Shown piece after piece: positions 37,856 through 51,950 of a stretch of 64,000 nucleotides of DNA. The DNA is taken from positions 6,484,914-6,548,913 of the forward strand of contig NC_134034.1 in the NCBI RefSeq assembly GCF_964204645.1. The letters run 5' to 3'. The notes below the pieces were generated by a model that worked only from the letters and a program-made list of their open reading frames with translations, was not told where the DNA came from and did not search any database. The first letter of the stretch is position 1. Each line of letters starts with the position of its first letter. This DNA is from Tubulanus polymorphus (taxonomy: Eukaryota > Animalia > Nemertea). The position numbers were made by a program, and so were the translations under genes.

Positions 37856-39334
37856 TATATATAACTGTTGGGCGGAGCATATATTTTGGATTTGATTTTA
37901 AACATGAGAAAGAAATGAAATTTGACATTAATGATGTAATTACACATATTAAAAATATTGCATTTTCTAATGAAGCAACATTTGAGTATGAAAAAACGAT
38001 CGATAAAGAAACTTTAAATTTAGAAAAGATTACTAATGTAATTAGAGAATCTTTAAGATTTTATGAATTAGATGAAGATTTTATCATTGATAATATTAAA
38101 AGAATAATAACTGAAATATCTGAAAATGAAACTAATAATACTATAAATGTTGAAATAATTATAACTAAGATAAATAAATATTTTGAAGATAGTAATTTTT
38201 TTGATAAATAAATGGGTGATAATAAGTGGATAATAACTGGATTATATAATGGAGCATTATTATCAGTTGGAACTGTTGGTTGTTCAATGGTATTAAAAAA
38301 AGTATTTAAAATGGGAAGCGTTAATGTTGATAGATTTGATATAAATGATATTTTAAAATTAACATTAGCAGTTACTTTCTCTAATTTAACTACTGATTAT
38401 TTGGAAAAACAAAATATATTCCTCCTATATAAATGTATAATTATTTTACTAAATAAATGGCTTCTGCAATTATAACTATTATAGGATCGGCAATTGTTAA
38501 CGCTTTAGTATTTACAGGTGGTGGTTATTTATTTAAGCATATTGATAAAAATGGTTCATTATCAGAACAAATAAGACATAACTTAGCATTAGAAAAATAT
38601 AACAAAGCTGCAGAAGAATATAGAGAAAAGAGGCAAAATTATATGGATTACATCAATAAGGAATTATATGATCAGAAAATTTCACATAGAGATTTTCAAT
38701 CAGTCGATGATGCAATGCGTTTATATAACGCGGTAACCAATAAAGAAAAATTACATCTATACAAACCTGAATTATCAGATTATTATACCCAAAGTAAAGA
38801 ACAACAGAAATATGAAATAATTTGGATTTTAGGTGGAAAAGTTATTGTTATATTTGTAGCATATAAATTTACTAATTAGTAATTTTTTTGCTAAATAAAT
38901 GGATGATAAAGTTGATGGTGTTAATATTATTCCTCATGATATAAATAAAACTAAATTAAAACTATATTTGGAAAAACAAATATTAGAATTTGAAAATGAT
39001 TTAAAAGTTAAAAAGAAAAAATATTTAAAAAGTAAAATTTTATATTATTTTATTATCAGTGGTTCAGTTACAATTAGGTCTGTAATAACATTTCTAGCAA
39101 TATTCAGTCCATTAACACCTTTAACTATATCAATTGGTGTGCTAGGATTAAGTTCAAGTGTTTTAACTGGTATAAAATCAAAATTAATTATAAAAAGGTA
39201 ATAAAGAAAAAATTAAAACTAATATAAAAGAAATTAATAAATTAAAAAACACATTAGATTATATAATAAGTTTAAATGGTAATATAACAGTTGAAGAACA
39301 AGATAAATTATTAAAAGAATTAATAAATTATTAA
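37856..39334 (+). pseudogene. 118-aa, 73-aa, 140-aa (38457..38879 intact) and 144-aa genes, copy C
   Basis: Collinear with 26532..28015. Confidence 0.8.
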
Positions 39335-39350
39335 TTTTTTAATTATATAA

Positions 39351-40610
39351 ATGGGGTTTCCAAAAGCTTTCCAATATAATAAATCAATTAAATATAATAT
39401 TCCTGCGATAGATTTCAATAAAAATATTACATATAAAAATTTTAAATTCAGTTTTAAATTCATTAACTAATTTAGAAATTTATGTTACTGAAACAAAGTT
39501 TTTTATTTCTAAAATGGAAAATATATTTAATACATATGAAGTTACTTTTACTCGTGATGAATATCATATATATAAAGTAAAATCTAATATGAAATATTGG
39601 CAGAATCAATTAAATTTTGCTGTTTATTGTGCAACAACTGGTTGTGGTATAAGTTGGAATAATCATTTAAATAACTTAGATAAAAATTTGAAGTATTCTG
39701 ATTTGAAATTAATTCACACAATATTTAGATTTCACACATTTTTTCACATCAGAATAATATTAAATGAATTAGAATGTCCTTTGCCCGGATCTAAATATTT
39801 TAAAGAATTGGATAATAATATTAATCTATCTAAGTTTTATAAAATATGTAATGAATTTAATATAAATATTAATTCCGATTTTAGAGCGCATGGTGAATTG
39901 CAAGGTATTGGTGAACAGTATGAAATAAAAAGAATTGATTATATGCATAGAATTGGAGCTTATCATAATTATAAAATTGATAATAATAATGGTTGGATTA
40001 ATTTTATTTTAGAAAATAGTAAAGGTTTTACAAAATCAGGTATACAAAAAATAAATCAATCAATTAGAACTTAATTGATTTGCATACTAGGCGCTCAAGT
40101 TGAAACAAGATCACCAATAGTTGGAAATGATAATACTTCATTATATACACAAAAACAATTCAAAGTATTATTTGAAGATTCAATTCATAATGATAAAAAT
40201 AGATCGATTCCAGAAAACATAGGTACCAAAATTATTTAGATAAATCACATATTAGATTAAATTATTGTATAGGCCCTAATTTATTAATTATTTCTAATGA
40301 TTTAGTTTTAAAAATGGGAAATATAATTGGTTACAATAATTTGATTAAAACTGCAACAATAAATAATTCATTTGGATTAAATGATATAAATAAAAAGATT
40401 ATCACTGCTCCAAAATTAATGGAAAGTGAAAAAATTAAAAAACATATTCAATCAACAGAAACTTAAACTACGAATATTGAATTAAATAATGATTCCAAAA
40501 TAAAAGATTACAATACATCAGAAAATGGTGCCGTAGGGCACCAACACGGTGATATAAAAACTGATAATATTCAACATGACATATTTAAAACTGATAATGA
40601 TAATAAATTA
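39351..40610 (+). pseudogene. CATTGCG-motif protein, copy C
   Basis: WQNQLNFAVYCATTGCG; frameshifts and stops. Confidence 0.8.
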
Positions 40611-40641
40611 TTTTAAATAATTCAATTTTTATAGGATATAA

Positions 40642-42116
40642 ATGGAAGTAGAAGGTGGAGAAGATAATGAAATGGGAGAAATGGGAAATAATAATGATGG
40701 GTATATTGATGATGATTATAATGATGCTGAAACTAATATTGATAATGATAATGAAACAGCATTTAATAATAATCTAGCAAATAGTGGTTCTAAAGCCCTA
40801 TCAACAGATAAATTTGATAAAAAAAACTAAATCAAGAATAAATCCCGAAAATGAAAATCCAGATTTAGTAAAACAAAATTTAGATTATAATGAATATAAT
40901 TATCATTTCCAACCTGTATTTGAAAGATCTGGATATAATATAAATAATAAAGGTGCTAGACTTTTAGTAGAAGAATTAGAATTTTTAGATGGTGAATATT
41001 ATCATCATTTGAAAGATGATTATTATATTGATATCTCTTATAAAAATCAAAATAAAATATTAGCAGAATCAACTTTGAGTAATTTAGAACCATCTAGAAT
41101 TAAAAGAATAATTATTAGTTATGAAATATGAAAATGTTACTGACGCAGAAATAAATCAAAATTAAAAAGTATTTAAACGAAGAATTAATGAATTATTTGA
41201 AACAATCAATAATAATTTAGAACCAGAAACAACCTCTGAACAGAATATAACTTCCAAAACTAGTAAACTTAAATCAAATAAAGTTCCAATTGAAAAGCTT
41301 TTACCGAATGGATTACTTGATGCAACAGATCAAGAATTAGAAGATTATGATATATTTTCTGATAAAGCAATTAGAGAAATTATTAGTATAAGACTTGCAT
41401 CTGATAAAATTGCGCATGATAAAAGTATAAGAGATTTTAAAATTAGAACTTTAGAAAAAGATAGAACTGATAGAATTAAAGAAATAGAACAATTAAAATC
41501 TGGTTTAGATCATCAAGTAATTGATGAAATTGAATATAGACAAAAAGAATTACGTTTAGAAAAAGAAAAAGATGATTTAGAATATAACATAGAATTTCAG
41601 AAAGAAGAAATTAAATTATTAAAAAAATCACATGATTATAATATTAATAGATTAAAAGTTATTTTTAAAGATTTGTTGATAAAACCAAATTCTGAAATAT
41701 CTTTGAAAGATAGAATAAAATTATTATTTAGATTAGAAGGTATAACAATTATTTCAATTCTAACAGCTGTTACTATGTTATTTACAACAATAGGTTTAGC
41801 AATACCAAATTCATTAAAATCTACGCCAAGTCCGAATAAACTAGATAAACCACCTCCAAATGATAATTCTATACAAGATAAAGTTAAGGATGGTTTAAAA
41901 AAATTAGCAAAATATTTATGGGAACTATCTAAAAAATCTGCTGCAGCTTTGCCTGGAGTTATTGCATCGATTGTTGGTTTTATATTGAAATCTGCAGGAA
42001 ACATTATTAGCTTTGCTGCTGAACATATTATTTTATTTTTAATTACAGTTGTAAGTGCTATTATTTTTGGGTTAGTGAATATGATAAAAATAGATAATGA
42101 ATTTTTTGTTAAATAA
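40642..42116 (+). pseudogene. 477-aa family protein, copy C
   Basis: N-terminus resembles copy A; C-terminus shared by all copies. Confidence 0.8.
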
Positions 42117-42580
42117 ATGAGTGAGAGTTATATAAATCCTTCTAAGAATCCTAGAATATCTAATGCTATCAAAGCAGAAAGATCTCATCATATAATTACT
42201 CATAATCTTTCTAATATTAATCCTGATGAAACTTTATATGTTAGAATTCCTCGATTAACACAAAATAATTTTTATGTTCCAAATAGTATTTATTTATCAG
42301 CCGATATAAAAGTAATCGGTAATAATAATAATTATGTTGTTGATAATGTTGGAAGATATTTCATTAAAAAATTAACAATAAAGATTGTTCCAGAAACAGT
42401 TTTCTCATTAGATGATTATAATTTAATTATGCATTATAAAGATATATGGTTAACTAAAGAAAATAGAAAAAAAATGATATTTCAAGGAGAAATCAAATCC
42501 CGAGATTAAATGAAAATACTTTTTATGTTCCAATTAGTATTTATTTGTCAGCTGATATAAATGTAACTGGTAATAATAAT
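42117..42580 (+). pseudogene. MCP N-terminal fragment with short internal duplication
   Basis: Homologous to 13968 and 30920. Confidence 0.75.
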
Positions 42581-42584
42581 AGAT

Positions 42585-45500
42585 AATTAAAAAAGTCAAT
42601 ATAAATCTAAAAGTCATATAAGAAATATGAATAATGATATTTTAGGTGAGGATTATTTTGATAAAGATAATGATAAGAGACAGAAGACAATTAAATGAAT
42701 AAAAAATAAATTAAACAATAAAAGACCATACATGGAAGATGTAAGAAATTATATTAATTCATTAGATAATAAAGAAGAAATAACTGAAGCATTTAAAAGT
42801 GATATTGTTCCAGCTGCTATTGAGTTTAAATTTCATAAAGGAAAGACAGAGGAAAATAAAAACATTTAGAAAATATGAAAAGTATTATAAAAATAATACT
42901 GGTGTTGAATACCCTAAAATTAGCATATCAGTTAAAGTTAAATTCATAAAATCTGAAGATAAACCATAATATAATATAAATTCCCGTTCACAACATATTA
43001 TTTCAAAACAACATATAGATGATAAATTAGATAAATCTTATAATGAAGTAAAAACTAAAATAGAAGAGAAAAATATTTTGAAGGATCTGGTTTAATATTT
43101 GATGAAATAATATTTATGACTTAACATGTTTATAACACAAAATATAATAAGTTAACTAAGTCAAAACCAATTGATGAAAATAATTTATCATATTATAAAG
43201 ATAATAATATAAATGGATCAAGTTATATCAAATTGCCATTTAAAACTAATGCTGTAATAAATGTACAAAATGAAGATGATAAATGTTTTCTATGGACAAT
43301 TATAAGTTGCTTACATCCAACAGAAGATATTACTCATAGTTTTAGATTAACAAATTATAAACAATTTGAAAATGATTATAAGATAGAAAATTATCCAGTT
43401 AGAATTAAAGATATGCCAAAAATAGAAAGAGATAATAATATAAAGATAAATGTGTTTGATTTAGTCAACTTACCAAAAACAAAAGGTAACAATATAAAAC
43501 ATTATACATTAGAACCTCTATACCTATCAAAAGATTATGATTCAAATGATGTTATAGATATACTATATTATGAAAATCATCATATGTGGATTAAAAGAAT
43601 TGATTTATTTTTCAAATCAGAAAATGATTTTGATAATAAAATATATCTATGTAGAAAATGTATAACTAAATTCAGAACTGAAAACGCATTATTAAATCAT
43701 AAACAATTATGTGATAATCATGATTATTGTAAGATAGTTTTACCAAACGAAAAGGATAAAGTATTATAATTCAAAAAATATGATTACAAGAATAAAGTAC
43801 CATTTTATATATGGAGATTTTGAATCACTAAATAAAGAATTAACTGATCAAGATAGAAAAGAAATATATTATAAAAGAAAGAAATTAAATTCTAATGAAA
43901 ATGATTTTTCAGATGAACCACCAAAAACAAATACAATTAAAAAGATTCATCAATCAGCTGCAGCTTTCGGGTTATATATAAAATCTGATTATCCAGAACT
44001 AATTGAAAGTGAATATTATCATTATAGAAATGAAAATGTTATCAATCATTTTTGTGACATATTAATTGAATATGAAATAAGATTTAGTAAACTATTGAAT
44101 ACAAATATAGAAATTATAATGACAGAAGAAGATAAAGAAGAATTTGTGTTTACAGGTAAATGTTATTATTGTGAAAAGATATTAAATTATAAAGATAAAA
44201 AAGTAAGAGACCATGATGTAATTGATTATTCAGATCCCCTAATAACAAATACTATTAGAAAGATTCATCAATCAGCAGCAGCTTTCGGGTTACATATAAA
44301 ATCTGATTATCCAGAACTAATTGAAAGTGAATATTATAATTACAGAAATGAAAATGTTATCAATCATTTTTGTGACTTATTAATTGAGTATGAAATCAAA
44401 TTTAGTAAAGTATTAGATACAAATAAAGAAATCATAATGACAGAATAAGATAAAGAAGAATTTGAGTTTGCTGATGAATGTTATTATTGTGAAAAACTAT
44501 TTAATTATAAAGATAAAAAAGTGAGAGACCATGATCATTTGAATGGAAAGTTTAGAGGCGCGGCGCACGAGAATTGTAACTTACAAGCTAAGAAAATCAA
44601 TTTTGTTCCAGTAATATTTCATAATTTATCAGGATATGACGCACATTTACTTATCAAACAGTTCTGCCATAAGATAGAAGAAATCAATAATGAAATAGAA
44701 AGATTAAATTCATATAGATCAAAAGATAAAATACCAACATATAAATTTAAAATGTTAGCTAAAACATCTGAGAATTATATATCATTCTAATTTGGGTGTA
44801 TAAGATTTATAGACTCATATAGATTTTTAAGCAGTTCATTAGATAATTTATCAAAATCATTAGTTGATGATGAATTAAAAATATTAAAGCAACACTATCC
44901 AAATAATGATGATTTTCAATTAATGAGATATAAAGGCGCAATTCCATATAGGGTTTATTAATCACATAATGATTTCAATATAACTGAATTATTAAAAGAA
45001 CAATTTTATGTTGAATTAAAAAATGAATACGTTTAAGATGAAGTTTATAATAGAACATTGAATATTTAGAATCATTTTGGAATGAAAAATCATGGACAAT
45101 TAGTAGATTTATATTTAAAATCAGATGTATTATTATTAACTGATATATTCGAAAGGTTAAGAGATGTAAACCTAGAATATTTTAATATTGATCCTTGCCA
45201 TTGTTATTCTAACCCAGGTTTAACTTGGGATTGTGGTTTAAAATTTACAGATATAAAAATAGATTTGTTGACAAATATAAATCAATTATTATTTTTTGAA
45301 AAATCGATAAGAGGAGGAGTTTCAGGTGTACTGTGGGATAGATATTTCAATGTAAATGATAATAAGGATTATATTTTATGATTATATAGGTATTATCCTG
45401 GTTTATAAGTTATCATATATAGATGCAAATAATCTATATGGTTGGGCAATGATGGAACCCCAACCTTATGGAGTATTTGAAATAAGTGAAGTTTTACAAC

Positions 45501-45890
45501 ATGAAAATAATGATAAATTTGATTGGAAGAAAAGAATTCTAGATATTGCAGATGATTCAGAGACTGGTTACTTCTTTGTTGTAGACTTGGAATATCCTGA
45601 AAACATTAAATTTAAATCTAGAAATCTAGCATACTGTCCCGAACATAAAACTGTAACACATGAAGAATTATCAAATTATCAAAAGTGAATTAAACCTGAA
45701 AATCATATTCATACAGAAAAGTTAATGGTAACTCAGGAAGATAAATATAATTATGTAGTGCATTATAGAATGTTGAAGTTTTATTTGAATCAAGGAATGA
45801 TTCTAAAAAAAAGTGCATAGATATATTTCATTTAGTCAATCTAAACGGTTAGAAAAATATATAGATTTTAATACCTAACAGAGAACTAAA
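42585..45890 (+). pseudogene. polB: Protein-primed PolB type 2, copy C (truncated, internal duplication)
   Basis: DDKCFLW, YGDFES, RDHDH..AHENCN, FHNLSGYD, SIRGG, DANNLYG. Confidence 0.9.
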
Positions 45891-45993
45891 GTTTCTACTG
45901 GAGTTATAATATTTTCTAACATGAAACCTATAGAATATAAGGACAAAAGTAAATCAGATAATATCGAATCAGAACAAAAATTAACTAAAATAA

Positions 45994-46150
45994 ATGAGTG
46001 ATGATGTTAAGAAGAAGCCTGGATCTGAGAAACAAATTAAATGGGCAAGGGAGTTGGGAAAAAGATCTTCAGAATTGAAAAAAGCTAAGAAAAAGAAATT
46101 AACTGATCTAAATGAATCACAGAAATTATCTGATATTGATTCGAATATTT
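45994..46150 (+). pseudogene. Small basic Polinton protein (SEKQIKWA motif), truncated
   Basis: TAAATG start; MSDDVKKKPGSEKQIKWARELGK; joined by deletion to integrase. Confidence 0.45.
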
Positions 46151-49100
46151 GCATATTTTGATCAACAATGGCAAGCTGATTTAATTGACATGAAGAATCT
46201 CTCCGACTAAAGTGGTTTTATTCAGCTGTGATTTTATTTCGACTACGACATTGGATACCTGTACATCAGTGAATACATCAGGATTCTATACATGCATTTA
46301 TTAACTTTTAACTTTGCGGTTTTAATGAACAAATGGTGTTTTTAGTCTGAAGAATTTATTTGGATTATATGTATGAAGATGGCAGCACGGCATAGTATTT
46401 GGAATGTTATTAAAGAACTTGGTGAACTCAGTTCAACATACAGAATATCAAAACCAATTTATGACAGATTGCATGAACTATCGATCAATGCCAAACAATC
46501 AACCAGTCGCGGTTGTAGAGGTGGATCAAAACTCAACAAAAGGAATTACTTCTACTATGGTGAAGCTGACAATGGTGCTATTCCTGTCATAATGTCAAAC
46601 AGACCGTTAATTCCTGACCAGACTTTTAACTTAGTCAATCAGAAAAATTTAATATATGTGCCTATGGTCAAGGACAAATCTGATTTAAAACTTAACCTCG
46701 CAGTCATCAATGCTCAATCTATCTGTAACAAATCGCTAGCCGTATCTGATTATCTTTTTGATCATTCAGTCTCAATTGCTGCTGTATCTGAAACTTGGAT
46801 GACCGATAATGACTGCATTGTGAAGGCCAAATTTAAACAGTCTGGTTATAACTTAATGCACTCACCCAGGCGTAATGGAAAGGGCGGCGGTGCCAGAATT
46901 ATCTATGATGCCACCTTGCAACCGAAGGAGGTTAAACTCCCAAATGTCAAGAGTTTCGATGCGATAGCTATAGACTTGATTTTTAAAGAAGACTGTATAC
47001 GTCTGATAAACATTTATCGCCCACCTCCAAACAGAAAGAATAGATTAACTGTTTCCCAGTTTCTGACTGAATTTGGAAATCTCCTAGAAGAAACCATTGC
47101 TTGTTCTAGTAAATTATTAGTTGTTGGTGATATAAATTTCCATGTGGATGATCCAAAAGATTCAACTGCCAAGAGATTTTTATCATTCCTGCATTCCTTC
47201 AACCTCTGTCAAAATGTCAATGTACCAACGCACAGGAAGGGCCATACATTGGATTTAGTGATCACCCGCCTTTCTGAAGATTCATTTGTTCGATCTATCA
47301 ATGCTGCTGATATTGGACTTTCCGATCATTTTCCAGTTAACTTTACTGTCAACATCTCACGTCCGTGTGCTTAAACAAAAACTATATCTTACAGAAAACT
47401 TAGAAATATCAATGTCTGTGAATTCAGTGAGTCGTTCAAGAGTAGAGTGGATATGTTAAATTTTCGCGATCCCCGCGTCGTGGCCTTGGAGCTAGACGCC
47501 GCTCTGACCTCTTCACTGGACGAACATGCCCTTGCTGTTACAAAGCCTATTATACTTCGTCCCCACGCTCCTTGGTTTAATGATGACATTCGCATAGCTA
47601 AAAAGCTACGCCGTAAATTGGAAAAGCAATGGCGAGCAACTAAACTTTCAATTCATAGAGAAATGTTCCTTACTCGTTCAAACGTTCCTGTTGGACGAAC
47701 CCGAATTCAATGGTATTCACTTGGATGAATTTAAGTTGGTTACTGAGGCTGAGCTGGCTAAATTTATAATGCAGTCTCCTTCTAAGCATTGTAAACTCGA
47801 TGCCATTCCTACATGGCTGTTAAAAGCAGCTCTACATTACCTCATTCCGTTTTTACTGATATGATTAACAAATGTCTCGAGTCCGGTGTTTTTCCGGACT
47901 CTTATAAAGTTGCATATATTCATCCACTTTTAAAAAAACCTAGTCTTAATGTTGAATGTCTCAGGAATTACCGACCAGTGTCTACTCTGCATTTCATATC
48001 AAAAGTAAAAGCGAGTAGTAGCTTATTAGCTTAATCAACATCTTCAAAATAATGGTTTACATGAGGTTTACCAGTCGGCTTATAAGTCAGGTTGTAGTAC
48101 AGAGACTGCTCTTGTACGTGTTCAGAATGATATTTTGATGTCAATTGACCATGGTAGTTGGGCTGGTTATGCTCGATTTGAGCGCCGCCTTCGACACAAT
48201 TGACCATGATACTCTACTCGCTCGTGTTGAACATCAAATTGGTCTGTCAGGTACTTCCTACCAATGGTTAGAATCTTACCTTACTGATCGCTATCAAACT
48301 GTTTGTATAGGCGACTCTAACCATGTTTACTCAAATTTGGTGTACCGCAGGGGTCTGTTTTAGGTCCACTGCTGTACACCATTTATGTTCTTCCTATTGG
48401 CGATATCATAAGGAAATTCAATTTAGATTTTCATTTTTATGCAGATGATTCACAGTTGTATATCAGGATAAAACCAAAAGTTAACGAATTGGTGTCCAAA
48501 AATACACTCCAACTTTGCAATACTGAACTTAAACATTGGATGGATATAAACTTTCTTCAGGCAAACGGTGACAAAACCGAGTTCTCCCTAATTGGCTCTC
48601 CATCACAACTTACTAAGCTTCGCACATTTGATCTCAATCTTGATGATGCAGTTATTACTTCATCTCACTCCTTACGTAATCTCGGCGTCATTTTTTATCA
48701 GAACATGTCCATGGTAAAACATGTAAACCACTTATGCTCTGTAGCTTTCTATCACCTTAGAAACATTAGTAAGATCAGACAGTTTTTGAATCAAGGAATT
48801 GCTGAACGCCTTATTCACGCTTTTGTGACAACTCGCCTTGACTATTGCAACTCTTTACTCTTTGGCCTCCCTGACAACATTTTAGATAAATTACAACGTG
48901 TTCAAAATTCAGCTGCCCCGGATCCTGACTCGAAACTTAAAATTTTGTCACATAACACCGATTCTACACGATCTGCATTGGCTTCCAATCAAATACCGCA
49001 TCCAATTTAAATCTTGATCCTTACTTATAAATCATTGAATGGTCAGGCCCCACAATATTTGAAATCATTAGTGCAATACAAGGCATCCTCTAGAGTGTTA

Positions 49101-50238
49101 AGATCAAACAGTCAATCACTTCTAGTCATCCCGTGTCAATCTAGTCTCTGCGGGTCACAGGGCCTTTTCTTACTCCGCCCCACTACTTTGGAACTCCTTA
49201 CCAGATGCAATTAAATCTAGTCCTTCTACTGATGTTTTTAAATCGCAACGAAAACCCATTTGTTCACTAAAGCTTTTAACTAATGATGTAAATTGTTTTT
49301 TCTATCTTTATGTTTAAATTGTATCTTTATATTGTAAAGCCAATGAGCATATCTTATATGGATTTTAGGCTCAATAAATTATTATTATTATTATTATGAA
49401 GAACTTAGAAGAATACAACAAAGGATATTTCTGGATATTAAATGTTATAGACATATTCAGTAGATACGCATGGTCAATTCCAATCAAAAATAAAACTGTT
49501 ATAGAAGTTACAAATGCTTTTAAATCAATATTTAAAGAAGCTATTCCAGGTATGATACAATTTGATGAAGGTAAGGAATTTCATAATAAACATTTTAAAA
49601 AACTATTATCTGATAACGATGTAGAGTATTTTTCAACACACTCAGATAAAAAAGCATCTATTATAGAAAGATTTAATAAAACATTGAAAACTAGAATGTG
49701 GAAATATTTTACTGCTAATGAAACATATAAATATATCGATGTGTTAGATGATTTAGTCAAAGGTTATAGTAATTCTAAACATTCGAGTATTGGTATGAAA
49801 CCTATACAAGCTAGAAAAGAAGATAATTCAGAAATAGTTTGGAATAATCTATATGGTGCATTTGTTACACATGATTTTGGTGAACCTACATTTAAAATAG
49901 GACAACATGTTAGAATATCTCAATATCGAAAAACATTTTATAAAGGTTATACTCCTAATTTATACTCCTGAAAAATATTTAAAATTAAAAAGATAATACT
50001 TACTAAACCATTATTTTATAAATTAGAAGATTTTAAAGTTGAAGAAATATTAGGATATTTTTATGAACAAGAATTATCACTTGTACCAAATCCAGATGAA
50101 ATAGAATACAAAATAGAAAAAGGATTGAAAACAAAAACTCTTAAAGGAAAAAAGTATTCTTTGTTGAAATATAAAGGGTATGATGATAAATTTAATGAAT
50201 GGATTTTATCTAGTAAAATTAAAAGAATAAATGAATAA
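46151..50238 (+). pseudogene. rve integrase with chromodomain, copy C, interrupted by L2
   Basis: DQQWQADLIDMKN before the insertion; IDIFSRY, QFDEGKEF, IERFNKTLK, YKIEK..KYKGYDDKFNEWI after it. Confidence 0.9.
46198..49395 (+). mobile_element. L2/CR1-group LINE (APE endonuclease plus RT), decayed, 8-bp TSD
   Basis: TSD ATGAAGAA at 46190-46197 and 49396-49403; NAQSI, SETW, YRPP, GDINFH, LDLV, SDH; [28 protein letters not shown]; AATAAA(TTA)n tail. Confidence 0.93.
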
Positions 50239-50842
50239 AGATTTATTTATATTTGAACCGCATAATATGTTAGTTACTGGGGTAACAAACTGTGGTAAAA
50301 CGCATTTCATATTAGACTTGTTAGAAACTATTTATAAGAATCATTTTGATTATATAATATTATTCTGTCCTACTTATGAAATGAATAAAACATATAATAG
50401 GGATATAGTTAAGATGAAAAAGTTTACTATATTAGATCCTATAACAGTAAAAGAAAATTTAGATAATTGTATAAAAATAGCTATTGATATTTATAAAGGT
50501 TCAAATACATTATTCATTATAGATGATTGTGCAAATTTACATGATTCAAAAGTGAGAGAAAGTGAGTTATGTTATCTAGCTTTCTCTGGGAGACATTTTG
50601 GGATTACAACATGGGTTTTAAATCAAATATATAATTCACTTGTTGAAGATTTTAGGGGGAATATAAGATTTCTAGTTTTATTCTACAATAAAGATAGAAA
50701 ATCTATGCAACAATCATTGGAAGAAAATCAAATTATACCTACTGAATTACATGATGAATATATGAATAAATTAAAGAATAATAAAGGTTCAAAATTACTT
50801 CTGAGGCTTCAATTTCCCTATGAATATAAATTTATAAAATAA
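50231..50842 (+). CDS. Genome-packaging ATPase (A32/FtsK-like), intact 203 aa
   Basis: GVTNCGKT, FIIDD, SGRHFG, LNQ. Confidence 0.9.
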   Translation: MNKDLFIFEPHNMLVTGVTNCGKTHFILDLLETIYKNHFDYIILFCPTYEMNKTYNRDIVKMKKFTILDPITVKENLDNCIKIAIDIYKGSNTLFIIDDCANLHDSKVRESELCYLAFSGRHFGITTWVLNQIYNSLVEDFRGNIRFLVLFYNKDRKSMQQSLEENQIIPTELHDEYMNKLKNNKGSKLLLRLQFPYEYKFIK

Positions 50843-50859
50843 GGTGTTTTAAGCATTTA

Positions 50860-50893
50860 CGTATTAGATACGTATTAGATACGTATTAGATAC
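50860..50893. repeat. 3 x 11-bp tandem repeat CGTATTAGATA inside an imperfect hairpin
   Basis: Direct reading. Confidence 0.85.
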
Positions 50894-51053
50894 CTTAATA
50901 CTTAAAACCCCCTTTTTTAAAACAAATATGATTTATACAATTTTCAAACCAATTTATTTTTATTTTTTCAACTAATATATGAATAAACTTGAAAATAATA
51001 AAGTTTATTTATTATTACTGAGGTTTCAATATATATTTTAAAAAAATAATATG

Positions 51054-51325
51054 ATTTTACATATTTTCTTATTCGAAATCTATTTCATGGTGCCCTTTTT
51101 CATTCTTACCCTTATATATGAAATAGAAATCACCTGAACATAATTCTTCTAAATCTTCACTTGATAATCCATGAAATCTATCTGGTAAATATGTTCTGAA
51201 TTTATATTTATTTCCTTTTAATCCTTCATATTCTAAGTGGATAACTAATTTACTACCATATCTATTAGTAACTGTATCAATATTTGTAATTAGATATTTC
51301 TTATGAATTGTTAATTCTGTTAACT
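51054..51325 (-). repeat. Right TIR of Polinton C, inner part (3' half of gene X)
   Basis: Reverse complement of about 36783-37067. Confidence 0.85.
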
Positions 51326-51493
51326 ATCTGGAACCAGTTGCATAGTTCTAAGTCAAGGTTATTCTCAAAGTTAACTCATTGAATCATAATTTAACTGATA
51401 CTCACAACTGTGGAACTGGGATCCTGAAATTTTTAGTATAGCAGCTAAACCTGGATTTGAGAATAATAATGGGAGATGTATATAATAACTTAC

Positions 51494-51796
51494 CGATGAT
51501 TTTTTCTGCATTCAGTCTATTCCTTTCTTCATACGGGAAAACACATTCTCTGACCAAGCGCGTCATTGATTCAAAATACCACTGTTCAGTTCGATCTTTT
51601 TCTTCTAAAGGAATGTTCTTTTCTGGTAACGAGTGTATATCGTCCATACCAAAAAACTCCGATACACATTCAATGATGTACGCATCGAATACGGAAACCA
51701 TAAAATCCTTATCAGCGTCATAGTGTTCGTTGGTATTCGCGTTCACAGAATTTCTCGATATTTTCTCTTGTAACGATTTGAGAGTTCCAATGTCAC
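51494..51796 (-). pseudogene. Academ transposase exon lying in an inverted segment
   Basis: ttacag|GTGAC acceptor and G|gtaagt donor; GTLKSLQEKISR..HYDADKDF; phase matches the exon at 54897. Confidence 0.72.
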
Positions 51797-51801
51797 CTGT
51801 A

Positions 51802-51950
51802 AGTAAATAGGAATTAGTTGTTCTATACCAAAGGTCGAACGGTGGAGCTCGTAAAAATAAAAATAAATTCTCACACGCTCGAATTTATTTTTATTTTTTA
51901 CTCACTCGACCCCTCAACCTTTGATGTAGAACAACTAATTCCTATTAACT
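51802..51950. repeat. About 150-bp imperfect palindrome at the outer end of the right TIR
   Basis: AGTAAATAGGAATTAGTTGTTCTA...TAGAACAACTAATTCCTATTAACT; central stem GTAAAAATAAAAATAAATTC / GAATTTATTTTTATTTTTTAC. Confidence 0.88.
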
